Source: an uncultured bacterium
Lineage (GTDB): Bacteria; UBA8481
Direction of reading: 5' to 3'
DNA: 64,000 nucleotides
NCBI GenBank assembly: GCA_964548165.1
Contig: CAZJQD010000009.1
Span: 7,985 to 71,984 of the forward strand
The position numbers and the translations under genes were made by a program. Position 1 is the stretch's first letter. Each line of letters starts with the position of its first letter. This document shows, piece after piece, positions 1 to 9,276 of this stretch. Under the pieces are notes generated by a model that had not been told where the DNA came from, ran no database searches, and was given only the letters and a program-made list of their open reading frames with translations.

Positions 1-2
1 TT

Positions 3-731
3 GCCGTTCATGGACGTCCGGGATTCGCCGTGCATGCGCCGGGTGGATTTCACGTGGAGGCGGTTCCCGGCGACGATCTCCCGATCTCGTCCTCGGACCT
101 GCGCCATAGGCTCGCGCGGGCGCTCGCTGTGCAACCCGATCTTCCCGCGCGTGTCGCGGCCCGGGTCGAATCGTCGATGCTCTACCTGCCCGTGCTCCCC
201 GCGCCGCTTCTCGCTCACGTGGCGACCGTGACGGCCGCGGGCATCGCCCTGGCGCGCCGCTGGTCCCTGGCGGAGGAGGACGTGGAGAAGGCCTGTCGCT
301 ACCACGACATCTACCGGGGGACGGCGCCCGGGGACTTACTGGAGATCGCGCAGGAGGCGGGAGAGCGCGTCGATGATCGCGACCACGCGTTTCCGCTCCT
401 CCTGCATGGCCGCCTGGCCGCGCGCCGTCTGGAGGCGACCGGCCCCCGGGAGCCCGATGCGCGGCGACGCGCGGTCGTGGACGCGGTCCGCTATCACACC
501 ACGGGCCGCTCGGGCATGGGAGGGGTCGAGATCGCCGTCACCGTGGCCGACCAGGTCGGCAAGCTCTGGGCCTCCGTCGCCGACGTGCCGATGGATCGTG
601 GCGAGGCCCTCGCGCGTGTCGTTCGCAGGAAGTTGGAGCGTTCGTCGCGGCATGAGGGCGGAGCCCACCCGCTGCTCAGCGCGGCCGCGATGGAGCTGGG
701 GCTCGTCGAGAGCGCGGGGCGGGCCGCGTGA
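3..731 (+). CDS. nadD: NaMN adenylyltransferase (NadD) C-terminal end fused in frame to an HD-domain hydrolase (YqeK-like); 5' partial
   Basis: The frame is open from the window start. The N-terminal residues 'DLPISSSDLRHRLARAL...ESSMLY' match the NadD C-terminal ISSTxIR...LY signature. No stop follows; instead 'LLAHVATVTAAGIALARRW' and 'VRYHTTG' continue as an HD-domain YqeK-like module. The ORF track lists 30..731. Confidence 0.6.
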   Translation, partial: AVHGRPGFAVHAPGGFHVEAVPGDDLPISSSDLRHRLARALAVQPDLPARVAARVESSMLYLPVLPAPLLAHVATVTAAGIALARRWSLAEEDVEKACRYHDIYRGTAPGDLLEIAQEAGERVDDRDHAFPLLLHGRLAARRLEATGPREPDARRRAVVDAVRYHTTGRSGMGGVEIAVTVADQVGKLWASVADVPMDRGEALARVVRRKLERSSRHEGGAHPLLSAAAMELGLVESAGRAA

Positions 732-1804
732 CCGGGGTCGGCGGGGATCTCAAGCCGCGGCGACCGACCGCGGCGGCGCGCCCACCCGCCGGCGGCCAGG
801 GACTTGCCCTGCGCCTCGGGATCGTCGTGCTCTTGATCGGCGCGCTGGTCTGGGTAAGCCGGTCCTGCGCCGGGTCGCGCGTCGAACCGCCCACGGGCGA
901 CTTCAGTCTCCTCCTGATCGTCGCCGACGGCCCGCGCGCGCGCGTCGACGTGGCGGGCGGGCGCATGAAGATCGTGCTGCGAGGCGGGACCGAGTCGGGG
1001 GAACTCGATGCGGCCGCAGGCCCGCGGGCCGGAACCGTCTTTGACATGGCCGTGACGCATGCCGACCTGGAGAGAATTGTCGACGCCGTCGGCGGACTGC
1101 TCATCAACATTCCCGCCCCCATCGAGTACAAGAGCGAGGAGAGCCTGCCGGTGCGCATCGATCCCGGCATGCGCCGGCTGGATGCGGATCGCGTGCGCCG
1201 CTATCTCGGCCGCCCGGGTTCCCCGCCGGCCGCCGCGTTGAGGGCCGTGGTGATGGGGATGGCCGCGCGGGTGGGCGAGCTGGAGGTCCAGGGCGTGGAT
1301 CTCGCTCGTCTCCTCTCGGCCGCCATCGCCGGCGACGCGCTGGGCGAGGACCAGCGCAATCCCCAGCGACTGGCGGGCCTATTCCTGGCGGCGCGCGGCA
1401 TGGGTCCGACGGACGTGACCATCGATTGGGGCAGTAGCGTGTCCGCGGCTCCCGCCGGGAGTTCCCCGGCGGCCGCGGGGGACGCGAGCGCGGAGAACAC
1501 GGCCCCGCCGAGCATGACACGGCCGTTGCGACTCCGTATCCTCAACGGGACAGGTAGGCCGGGTCTGGCGGCGCGAGCGGCCGCCCGGTTTCCGTCGGGG
1601 AGGTTCGAGATTAGCGAGACAGCGAATGCGGATCGGTTCGGTTACGCGCGCACCGAGGTTCGGGGCGGAGAATTGTCCGGTGGCAACGAGGCCGTGATCC
1701 GCGAGGTCATTGGCGTCCTGGGCGTCGGCCGTTTCCAGGCGGGCGCTCCCCGGCCCGGGGTCGACGTCGAGATCGTGCTCGGCAACGACGCGCGGGGCCT
1801 GTGA
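728..1804 (+). CDS. LytR/CpsA/Psr (LCP) family cell-envelope protein with a LytR_C domain
   Basis: A GTG start overlaps the upstream stop. The protein has a TM anchor 'LGIVVLLIGALVWV', an LCP core, and a C-terminal 'LRLRILNGTGRPGLAARAAARF' LytR_C motif. The nadD-yqeK-lytR-rsfS order is a common conserved arrangement. Confidence 0.7.
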   Translation: MTGVGGDLKPRRPTAAARPPAGGQGLALRLGIVVLLIGALVWVSRSCAGSRVEPPTGDFSLLLIVADGPRARVDVAGGRMKIVLRGGTESGELDAAAGPRAGTVFDMAVTHADLERIVDAVGGLLINIPAPIEYKSEESLPVRIDPGMRRLDADRVRRYLGRPGSPPAAALRAVVMGMAARVGELEVQGVDLARLLSAAIAGDALGEDQRNPQRLAGLFLAARGMGPTDVTIDWGSSVSAAPAGSSPAAAGDASAENTAPPSMTRPLRLRILNGTGRPGLAARAAARFPSGRFEISETANADRFGYARTEVRGGELSGGNEAVIREVIGVLGVGRFQAGAPRPGVDVEIVLGNDARGL

Positions 1805-2148
1805 AGCCGTTCGATCGCGGGCGCCTCGCCGAGGAGGTCGTGGCCGCGCTGGAGGATCTCAAGGCCGTCGACCTGCGGAGCTACGACCTGGCGGGCCGTT
1901 CCATCGTGGCCGACACGGTGATTCTCGCGTCCGGCGAGGCGGGCCGTCACGTGGAGGCGATGGCCGACACGTTGCGCCTCCGCAGCAAGCACCTCCCTCG
2001 CCACGCGATCGAGGGGCAGGGCGAGAGCGGTTGGGTGCTCGTGGATCTCGGCGACGTCGTGGTCCACCTGATGACGGCCGAGCGCCGGGCCTTCTACGGG
2101 CTCGACGAGATCTACGGGCAATTGACGGCGGTCCGGGGAAAGCGGTGA
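1801..2148 (+). CDS. rsfS: ribosomal silencing factor RsfS (Iojap)
   Basis: The 115-aa protein 'DLKAVDLRSYDLAGRSIVADTVILASG...VVHLM' is typical RsfS. It overlaps lytR by 4 nt. Confidence 0.8.
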   Translation: MKPFDRGRLAEEVVAALEDLKAVDLRSYDLAGRSIVADTVILASGEAGRHVEAMADTLRLRSKHLPRHAIEGQGESGWVLVDLGDVVVHLMTAERRAFYGLDEIYGQLTAVRGKR

Positions 2149-2777
2149 GCGGGGCGGACCAGCGCGGGGCGGAGCCTCCTCCTCCACCGGAGAGGCTCGC
2201 CGACAGTCCCCTTCTCGTGGCGCTGACGCCGCAACAGCTCGCCCGGTTCATCGCGTCCGGCGACACGCGACGGTATCGTCGCGGGGAACAGATCATCGCC
2301 GAGGGAGAGACCGGCGACGCCCTGTACGTGATCCTGGAGGGCAGTGTCACGATCCGTCATCCCGACCAACGCGTCATGGCCACGCTCTCGGGCGAGGATA
2401 CGATGGACTCCCAGTACGAGGGGGACTTCTTCGGCGAGATGTCGGTGCTTGATCACGAGCCCCGGAGCGCGACCGTGGTCGCGTCCTCCGAAGAGGTCGA
2501 GCTCTTCCGGATCAGCAAGGAGAAGGTCTTCGCGCTCTTCGCGTCAGACACGGATTTCCAGGTCGTGTTCCTCCTGAACCTGGCCCGCATACTCTCCCGG
2601 CGTATCCGCCGTTCGAATACCCGGAGATCGTCCGGAGCTGCTACTACTCAAGACTGTCCCGGCAAAGCCGGGCCAGTCGCCGAGGGGGGCGCCCGAGACA
2701 GCTCCCCCCCCGCCGAACTCCCACCGGGAGTTGGCGAAGCCAGCGGACTCCCCCCATCGAGCTCGCTCGACTTGTGA
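2145..2777 (+). CDS. cyclic-nucleotide-binding (cNMP/CAP-effector) domain protein
   Basis: The GTG start is in frame with ORF 1710..2777 and overlaps the rsfS stop. The motif 'GDALYVILEGSVTI...FFGEMSVLDHEPRSATVVA' is a canonical cNMP-binding fold. The upstream 145 codons of the listed ORF overlap rsfS and are not coding. Confidence 0.65.
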   Translation: MSGADQRGAEPPPPPERLADSPLLVALTPQQLARFIASGDTRRYRRGEQIIAEGETGDALYVILEGSVTIRHPDQRVMATLSGEDTMDSQYEGDFFGEMSVLDHEPRSATVVASSEEVELFRISKEKVFALFASDTDFQVVFLLNLARILSRRIRRSNTRRSSGAATTQDCPGKAGPVAEGGARDSSPPAELPPGVGEASGLPPSSSLDL

Positions 2778-2810
2778 CCGACCTGAGTAGTTACCCGGAG
2801 TTTGATTAGG

Positions 2811-3032
2811 TTAAGCGGCGCGGGCGAGGGTGAGGCGTTCCTGGATGGAGTGGAGGAGGGTGCGAAGCAGCGCGGCGTCCCCGGTCTCGAGTTGTCCGTG
2901 CAGGACGATGTACCAGGCGTCGGTCCGGCTCTTCACCGCCGTCCACCGGATCGACTCGCCGCCTTCCCCCACGATATTGCCGCTGGCCCGTTCCTCGTCG
3001 CGAAACGTCACGTTCACCTGTGCCTGTCGCAT
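2811..3032 (-). CDS. hypothetical small protein (73 aa), divergent from glnE
   Basis: The ORF has ordinary codon composition and an ATG start facing the AT-rich divergent promoter region 3033..3172. I recognised no family. Confidence 0.35.
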   Translation of the reverse strand: MRQAQVNVTFRDEERASGNIVGEGGESIRWTAVKSRTDAWYIVLHGQLETGDAALLRTLLHSIQERLTLARAA

Positions 3033-3172
3033 GAGGCACCTCCCGCATTGGGTTGTGCCGGACTCCTGGGGCCATCAGGCTTCCGGCGAGCGTCGGGGAT
3101 GCCGGCGCTTCTTTGGTTTACGGCAGGTTGCTGAGGCATGTTGAGCTTTTTTCAGAAAGAAAGAATTCTGGC

Positions 3173-5857
3173 ATGTACAACCGGCTGATCCGCGAGTCGC
3201 GCGCGCCGGCCCGCGTGAGAGGCGCCCTTGACCGGCTCATGGCCACGGGCGCTCCGCTCCCCCTGGTCGACGAGGAATCTCTTCGCAGGTTCGTTCGCGT
3301 GGTGGAGTCGTCGCGCTTCGCCGTCGATGTGCTCCGCGCCCACGAGCGGGCCTGGGACATCCTCGTCCAGGGCGATTACCCCGCCACGCACCGGCCCTCG
3401 CTCGAGAGCGCCGCCGGCATCCGCGAACACTACGCCCTCTCGCTCTTCCACGTGCTCGTCGTGGACGTCCTGGAGCTGGTGCCGTTCGAGCGGACGATGG
3501 AGCTCCTGACGCATGCGTCCGAGGAGTGCGTGGTGGCGGCGATGGCCGTCGCGTGGAGGGAACTGGTCGAGAGATTCGGGGCGCCCGCGGGACTCGGCGC
3601 CGGCGAGACGGGCTACTGCGTCCTTGGCATGGGCAAGCTGGGCGGGGCGGAGCTGAATTTCAGTTCCGACATCGACCTGATCTGCTTCTACGCGGAGGAC
3701 GGCGAGACGACGGGAGGCGTGCGAGGGGCGCTCGCGCACATGGAGTGGTACGCGCGGTTGACGGAGCGGATCGTCGACACGCTCTCGGCGCGCGTGCACG
3801 GCCCCTTCGGCCTGAAGGTGGACCTGCGCCTGCGCCCGGAGGGCAAGACGGGGCCGCTGGTGCGATCGCTCGAGGCCATGATGAGGTACTACGAGGGCGA
3901 GGGGACGACGTGGGAACGCCAGGCGCTCATCAAGGCCCGCGGCGTCGCCGGCGACGCCGGGCTGGCCCAGGCCTTTCTCGACGCCGTCTCTCCCTTCATC
4001 TATCACCGCTACCTGGACAGGGATGCGATCTACGCGGTGGAAGCCATCAAGGGGCGCATCGAGGCCCAGGCCCGGGAGCACGGTCGACGCCACGTGAAGC
4101 TCTCGCGAGGAGGGATCCGCGAGATCGAGTTCATCACGCAGCTGCTGCAACTCTCCAATGGCGGACGTTGCGCCGCCGTGCGGGGACCGTCCACCCTCCG
4201 CGCTCTCGACGCGCTGGTGGAGCATCGCTACCTGCTCCCCGCGGACCGCGATCGCCTGAGGTCCGCCTACCTCTTCCTCAGGCGCGTCGAGCACCGGCTC
4301 CAGATGCTCGATGGCCGACAGACCCACGTTCTCCCCGAGGATGACGGCGACGTCGCCGACCTCGCCCTGCGCCTGGATTACGCCTCCGCGGCGGAGTTCT
4401 GGACGGAGTACCTGGCGGTGACCGACGGCGTGCGCGCGCTGTACGAGTCGCGCTTCGCCCGCTCGCGGGAGGTTTCGGTCACGGCGATCGAGACGGAGAT
4501 CATCACGCTCCTGGAGGATCCAGACCAGGAAGGCGGGGTACCGGGGACGCCGCGATCCGCGATCGCGCCGCCGACCTGGAGGGACTCCCTGAGCGAGGAG
4601 GCGATCGGAGAGCTCCGGCGGCTGTCGCGCGGCAGCATCGCCGATCCGCAGACGGCTACCATCCGGAGGCTCTTCATCCAGAGCACCCCGTCGTGGCTCC
4701 CGGCGCTCCTTGAGCTTCCCGATCCGGATCGCGGCCTCAAGCGTTTCGCCAGGATGGTGGAGAGCTATGGCGCCAAGTCGTCGCTTTACGAGATCCTGGC
4801 CGCGTACCCGGCCGTGGCCGAGCTCCTGGTCGCGATCGCCGCGCTCTCGGATCCGCTCTCGGATCTCATCTGCCGGGACCCTTCCACGCTCGAGGCCCTG
4901 CTCTCGCCGGGCGGAGTCACGGGCGGACGCGACGTCGCCGCGCTGGGGGAGAGGGTTACGGAGCTGGTGAAGTACGCGCCGAGCCGCGATCGGGCGCTCC
5001 TGATGCTCAAGGCCGAGGAGCACCTGAGGATCGGCGTAAGGTTCCTGATGGGCCTGGCGGACGCGACGCGCACGGGGCGAGAACTCGCGGCCCTGGCGGA
5101 GCTCCTGGTGGGCGCGGATTCCGAGTTCGTCGTCATCGCGCTTGGACGGTTCGGCGCCGGGGACCTCGGGTTGACGTCCGACCTCGATCTCGTCTTCGTC
5201 GCCGCCACCGGGGACGACGGGGTGACGCAGGCCGTTCAGCGCCGCATCGCCGCCTGGACCAAGCTCGGGCTCAAGATCGATTCGCGCCTAAGGCCGATGG
5301 GGCGCACCGCTCCGCTGGTCGGAGACGTCGATGCGTTCGAGGAGTATGTCACGGGCACGGCGGAGACCTGGGAACGCGTGGCCTGGGCGCGGGCTCGTGT
5401 GTTGAGCGGTCCGGCCGATGCGCGATCCCGCGTGGAGCGGATTTTGGAGAAGTGGCGGACGCGGCCGTTCGGCGTCGAGGAGGTCCGGGCCATGGCCGCG
5501 ATGCGCCGCAGGCTCGGCGACGAATCGCGCCCGGAGGATATGAAGCGCGGACCGGGCGGCTTCATCGACCTCGACCTCATCGCGGCCATGCGGATGCTCA
5601 GGAGCGGGGGTTCGTCGGTGGAACCGGAGGTTGTCTTCGGGGATGAGCCGCATCTTCTTCGCGCGCACCGCTTCTTTCGAGCGTGGGATGCGTCCGCACA
5701 GTTTGCGTTCGGCCGTGCCTGGCGCCCCGAGGAGACAGCGGTTGATCGGGCACGCCACGCGCTTCTTCTCTCCCGGCAGGGTTGCGACCCGGCCGACCTG
5801 ACGGCGATCCGGTCCGCGGTCGCCGACGCATGGGACCGCGAGATCTCGGGGAGCTAG
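3173..5857 (+). CDS. glnE: bifunctional glutamine synthetase adenylyltransferase/adenylyl-removing enzyme GlnE
   Basis: Two nucleotidyltransferase modules are present ('LGMGKLGGAELNFSSDIDLI' and 'ALGRFGAGDLGLTSDLDLVFV'). The ATG at 3173 (MYNRLIRE) follows a purine-rich stretch. The first 40 codons of listed ORF 3053.. are AT-rich leader. Confidence 0.85.
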   Translation: MYNRLIRESRAPARVRGALDRLMATGAPLPLVDEESLRRFVRVVESSRFAVDVLRAHERAWDILVQGDYPATHRPSLESAAGIREHYALSLFHVLVVDVLELVPFERTMELLTHASEECVVAAMAVAWRELVERFGAPAGLGAGETGYCVLGMGKLGGAELNFSSDIDLICFYAEDGETTGGVRGALAHMEWYARLTERIVDTLSARVHGPFGLKVDLRLRPEGKTGPLVRSLEAMMRYYEGEGTTWERQALIKARGVAGDAGLAQAFLDAVSPFIYHRYLDRDAIYAVEAIKGRIEAQAREHGRRHVKLSRGGIREIEFITQLLQLSNGGRCAAVRGPSTLRALDALVEHRYLLPADRDRLRSAYLFLRRVEHRLQMLDGRQTHVLPEDDGDVADLALRLDYASAAEFWTEYLAVTDGVRALYESRFARSREVSVTAIETEIITLLEDPDQEGGVPGTPRSAIAPPTWRDSLSEEAIGELRRLSRGSIADPQTATIRRLFIQSTPSWLPALLELPDPDRGLKRFARMVESYGAKSSLYEILAAYPAVAELLVAIAALSDPLSDLICRDPSTLEALLSPGGVTGGRDVAALGERVTELVKYAPSRDRALLMLKAEEHLRIGVRFLMGLADATRTGRELAALAELLVGADSEFVVIALGRFGAGDLGLTSDLDLVFVAATGDDGVTQAVQRRIAAWTKLGLKIDSRLRPMGRTAPLVGDVDAFEEYVTGTAETWERVAWARARVLSGPADARSRVERILEKWRTRPFGVEEVRAMAAMRRRLGDESRPEDMKRGPGGFIDLDLIAAMRMLRSGGSSVEPEVVFGDEPHLLRAHRFFRAWDASAQFAFGRAWRPEETAVDRARHALLLSRQGCDPADLTAIRSAVADAWDREISGS

Positions 5858-5880
5858 GCTGATCTATTCGCAAGTTTTCA

Positions 5881-6058
5881 ACACGGAGACCACGGAGACC
5901 ACGGAGAAGACCAATGCAAGGCATGGATTCAAGGTATGGGCGATTCAGAACTATCTCTTCATCACAGGCTAATCGAGGTTAAGAAGTCGATTTTCATTCT
6001 TCGTCTGGATTAACATCTTTTGCCTTGCTCCGTGGTCCCCGTGGTCTTCGTGGTGCCA
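5881..6058. repeat. MITE-like element: inverted arms of tandem 9-mers (ACCACGGAG) flanking a ~100-bp AT-rich core
   Basis: The left arm is 'cacggagaccacggagaccacggagaag...gcaaggca' and the right arm is 'tgccttgctccgtggtccccgtggtcttcgtggtg', its reverse complement. The core is about 38% GC. It sits between the glnE stop and the hydrolase start. Confidence 0.6.
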
Positions 6059-6125
6059 ATTCATGAATAGGCCCGGTGAGCGTTCCCTCTTTCCTTCTCA
6101 CCGTCCCTGAATTACCATCGCGCGC

Positions 6126-7202
6126 ATGTCTCTGCCTCCTCCGCCCAACGCGCCGGTGACCCAGGTCCAGAAGGTGATCCTGGGCGCTCTCGCGGCCTTG
6201 TACCTTCTCCTGCTCATCCTCTGGATTGCCAACAATCGCAACGCCACGCTCTTCGAGATGGGGGACGTGGAGGGATTCGGCCGCATGCCGGCGCCGATAG
6301 CGGCTCAAGGGGCGATGACGTGGCGGTTCGCGCCGAGCATCCCGCAGATGGCGGTGACCGCCGCGATCAACCCGCCCGCGGTCTCGTCGAAGATCGAGAG
6401 GCTCGAGCAGGTGGCGACGGGCGCCAACGGCGCCAAGGTCTACCGCGCCGTCTACCTCTCGGATTCCACCCCGGTCTATGGGCTCCTGGGAGTTCCGGCC
6501 ACGGCGCCCGCGCCTGCCCTGGTGGTCTGTCACCCGGCCGATTCGCCGTACCGCACCGGTCTCCATACCGACGATACGATCAAGTGGCTGGCTGAGATCG
6601 GTATTTATGCCTTCGCTCCCGATTATCGCGGCTGGGGCCCGTCCGGCGGCCAGCGCGGCAACGAAGTCCGCGACGTCTGGAACGCGCTCGCGACGCTCCG
6701 GAAGGATCCGGCGGTTCGTCCGGAGAAGTTGGGGCTCCTGGGATACTCGATGGGCGGCGGGATTGCCGCCCGCGCCGCGGCCGCGGATAGCGAGCTTGCG
6801 TTCCTGGGGCTCTTCTACGCTCAGATGATGGGTTCGGTTGACGAGCTCCGGAGCGGCCTGCGCTATGGCCAGTTCGAGCCGGGGAGCGGTGGTATCCAGC
6901 AGTTGGTGCGCGACGGGCGGGCGGCCGGTGCCGACGACGCGGAGCTGGAGTACACGATCCGGATGATCTCGCCGATCTACCATCTTGATCGGTTCAAGGG
7001 CCGCGTGGCGATCTTCCATGGCGGGCAGGACCAGGTGGTCTCCATCCGGCAGTCCGAGGCTCTTCACGGCGAGATGCGCCGTCTCGGAAAGCCCGTCAGC
7101 TACAACGCCTACGAGACCCTCTCGCACGCCTTCGCCAACAGCATCGAGAATCCCTCGAAGGCCGATCTCGAGAAGGCCCTCAGGGAGTCACTGCTGAACT
7201 AG
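6126..7202 (+). CDS. membrane-anchored alpha/beta hydrolase (S9 / dienelactone-hydrolase-like)
   Basis: The protein has an N-terminal TM 'ILGALAALYLLLLILWIA', a 'GYSMGG' nucleophile elbow, and downstream Asp/His motifs. The long minus-strand ORF 5994..7127 is a high-GC antisense artefact. Confidence 0.7.
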   Translation: MSLPPPPNAPVTQVQKVILGALAALYLLLLILWIANNRNATLFEMGDVEGFGRMPAPIAAQGAMTWRFAPSIPQMAVTAAINPPAVSSKIERLEQVATGANGAKVYRAVYLSDSTPVYGLLGVPATAPAPALVVCHPADSPYRTGLHTDDTIKWLAEIGIYAFAPDYRGWGPSGGQRGNEVRDVWNALATLRKDPAVRPEKLGLLGYSMGGGIAARAAAADSELAFLGLFYAQMMGSVDELRSGLRYGQFEPGSGGIQQLVRDGRAAGADDAELEYTIRMISPIYHLDRFKGRVAIFHGGQDQVVSIRQSEALHGEMRRLGKPVSYNAYETLSHAFANSIENPSKADLEKALRESLLN

Positions 7203-7369
7203 CAGTCATCCAAAGAACGGAACCACAGGGGCACCGAGGCACGGAGAATGTCCCTGTGCTGCGCGGGCCTTTTTCACGTTCTTTCACTCAGATGAGGAAC
7301 CCAGAACCGGAAAATCCGTCTTAAATCCTGCAACCTGTGAAAGTTTGTGCAGTTTGTTTGCTCTTTTCC

Positions 7370-7405
7370 GGGTTGACAGGAGGCGTAGTCCTTTGAGATT
7401 ATGAC
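7370..7405 (+). promoter_or_regulatory. putative sigma70-type promoter (TTGACA-~18-GATTAT) inside a ~300-bp AT-rich leader
   Basis: I read 'ccgggTTGACAggaggcgtagtcctttgaGATTATgac' upstream of the surface-protein gene. Coordinates are approximate. Confidence 0.35.
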
Positions 7406-7514
7406 CCTTGTGTGTGTTGACCGGGTGGCGTCCTCTGGGCGCACCCTCGGGTGCGACCTTGGGGAGGTACGTTCATCTCTTCATGGCGCGGAAAAATTTT
7501 GTGAGGTGTGCAGT

Positions 7515-9011
7515 ATGAAGATTCGGAATAAGTATGGCGTGGCCTTTGCCGCAGCCATGGTTGTCTTTGCAGTAGGGGCGGCGGTCGCGACGGTCGCCGA
7601 GAGTATCTCCAGCGGTCTGCATCAGATCTCGCTGACCAGCTCGACCACGTACACGGACCAGGGCGTCGGCCTCTTCACGCTGAACGCCTCGGACAGCGCT
7701 GTCCGCAACGGGCTCTTCATGAGCGGCGTCACGGACGGTGTTCTGCCGACCAATGGCCTCGCCGCTGTGGCCGGGCAGGGCACCCCGAAGCCGCTTTCTG
7801 GATCGGTAAGTTCTGCTGCCGGCACGTTCTACGTGCAGATGTCCGACACGGCGCGCACGACCATCTCGCTCTCGTTCTCCAGCGCGACGGCCGCCAGCGG
7901 AAGCTGGTCCGGCGCCCTCTCGGGTGGCTCGGGCACAGCCATGGACACCTTCCGCACGGGCTCGTTCTTCTCCGAGGACTCCTCGACCTTCCGTTTCGGT
8001 GACTCGATGACTTCCGCCATTTACCCGGCCAGCAATGAGATGAGAACGAATGGCGAGACGGCGTCTGCTACGACCGATTCCGTTCAGGTTGTTCTCACGT
8101 GGGATTCACTGGCTGCTGCTGGCGACTCCGTGCGCATCATCGTGATCAATGCCTCGGGCAGGATCGCGGGCGATTCCAACATGAGCCAGCGCACTACCGG
8201 CGACACCACGTGGATTTCCCCCGTGGTCGCCCTGGAGACCGGCGTCACGAAGTTCGTCATCATCGTCTGGGACGCTTCCCGGTCGAAATACGTCATTCGC
8301 ACCGCGCGCCTCGCACGTGGCGTCACCTCGCAGGCCATTGCGGCCACGGGCGGTTGGGTTCAGGCCACGCCGGTTGGCACCTCGCTGGGCGCTGTTACCG
8401 TCACCGCGGGCGTGACCACGCCGCAGGTTCGTCGCATCGAGATCGTCGACATCGCTAACGATGGCGCGGTCAAGGCCGACGGCCTCGCCAACGTCGACAC
8501 CAATACCTCCGGCTTCGACACGCGGCTCACGGGCACGGCTTTCTCCGTCAACCTCTTCGACATCAACAACAACCCCATCACGACCTTCCCCACGGGCCAG
8601 AACATCCTCGTGGTGGTCGATTACAACTTTGGCAACCTCTCGGCTGCCCAGGCTTCCAACATCCGCCTGCTCCGCCGCAACAGCGCTACCAATGCCTGGG
8701 AGAATGTCTCCAGCTCCACGCCGGACTCCACCAACGGGCGCGTCGTCTCGTATGTCACGAACTTCAGCGACTTCACGCTCGGCACGGTCAACGTCGGTTC
8801 CTCGGTCGCTTCGGCCGATGACGACGACTGCGCCATCTCCACGGTGGCGGGCCGCACGGGTCTGCAGGGTGTCCTTCCTGCGTTCCGCAGCGTCCGCGAC
8901 ACGCTCATGGGCTCGGTCTTCGGTCGGCTCTTCGTCTCGGGCTACTATGCCTTCGGGATGATGATGCTCGCCGCGGCCGGTCTTGGCTTCGCGCTGGTCA
9001 GCCGCCGGTAA
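7515..9011 (+). CDS. secreted Ser/Thr-rich cell-surface protein (S-layer/adhesin-like) with a C-terminal Cys...TM-helix-RR tail
   Basis: The signal peptide is 'MKIRNKYGVAFAAAMVVFAVGAAVA'. The body is long, low-complexity and S/T/G-rich. The C-terminus is 'DDDDCAISTVAG...GYYAFGMMMLAAAGLGFALVSRR'. GC is lower than the flanks. The gene has its own promoter and a strong terminator. Confidence 0.7.
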   Translation: MKIRNKYGVAFAAAMVVFAVGAAVATVAESISSGLHQISLTSSTTYTDQGVGLFTLNASDSAVRNGLFMSGVTDGVLPTNGLAAVAGQGTPKPLSGSVSSAAGTFYVQMSDTARTTISLSFSSATAASGSWSGALSGGSGTAMDTFRTGSFFSEDSSTFRFGDSMTSAIYPASNEMRTNGETASATTDSVQVVLTWDSLAAAGDSVRIIVINASGRIAGDSNMSQRTTGDTTWISPVVALETGVTKFVIIVWDASRSKYVIRTARLARGVTSQAIAATGGWVQATPVGTSLGAVTVTAGVTTPQVRRIEIVDIANDGAVKADGLANVDTNTSGFDTRLTGTAFSVNLFDINNNPITTFPTGQNILVVVDYNFGNLSAAQASNIRLLRRNSATNAWENVSSSTPDSTNGRVVSYVTNFSDFTLGTVNVGSSVASADDDDCAISTVAGRTGLQGVLPAFRSVRDTLMGSVFGRLFVSGYYAFGMMMLAAAGLGFALVSRR

Positions 9012-9027
9012 GACACACAGCTTTCAA

Positions 9028-9061
9028 CCCCCCGGGGCCTTCGGGCTCCGGGGGTTTTTTG
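9028..9061 (+). terminator. rho-independent terminator
   Basis: The sequence is 'ccccccggggcc-ttcg-ggctccggggg' followed by 'ttttttg', immediately after the surface-protein stop. Confidence 0.75.
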
Positions 9062-9178
9062 TTTAATCCCCACGGCGACCCGGCAAAGCCGTGTCGCGCG
9101 CTGAGGGGGGCGCGCGAAGAGCTCCCCCCTCAGGCTCCCCCCATCGCTTGTGAATCTCCACGGCGACCCGGCAAAGCC
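9062..9178. repeat. two 26-27-bp direct repeats flanking a GC hairpin
   Basis: The motif 'aatc(c/t)ccacggcgacccggcaaagccg' occurs twice about 88 bp apart. Between the copies lies the palindrome 'ctgaggggggcgcgcgaagagctcccccctcag'. Confidence 0.5.
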
Positions 9179-9276
9179 GGATTCTCCTAATCCCCAGCCC
9201 CCGCCTCACCACGGTGATTTCGGGTATCCGTAGCGGACGGGCGGGCCTATGATTCTCTCACTACATCACACGCGAG

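Noticed and set aside
9090-9135. TPP riboswitch-like 'CTGAGG' hairpin
   Set aside because: The conserved TPP aptamer elements (CUGAGA plus the ACCUGAUCUGGAUAAUGCCAGCG core) are absent. The downstream gene is phoH2, not a thi gene.
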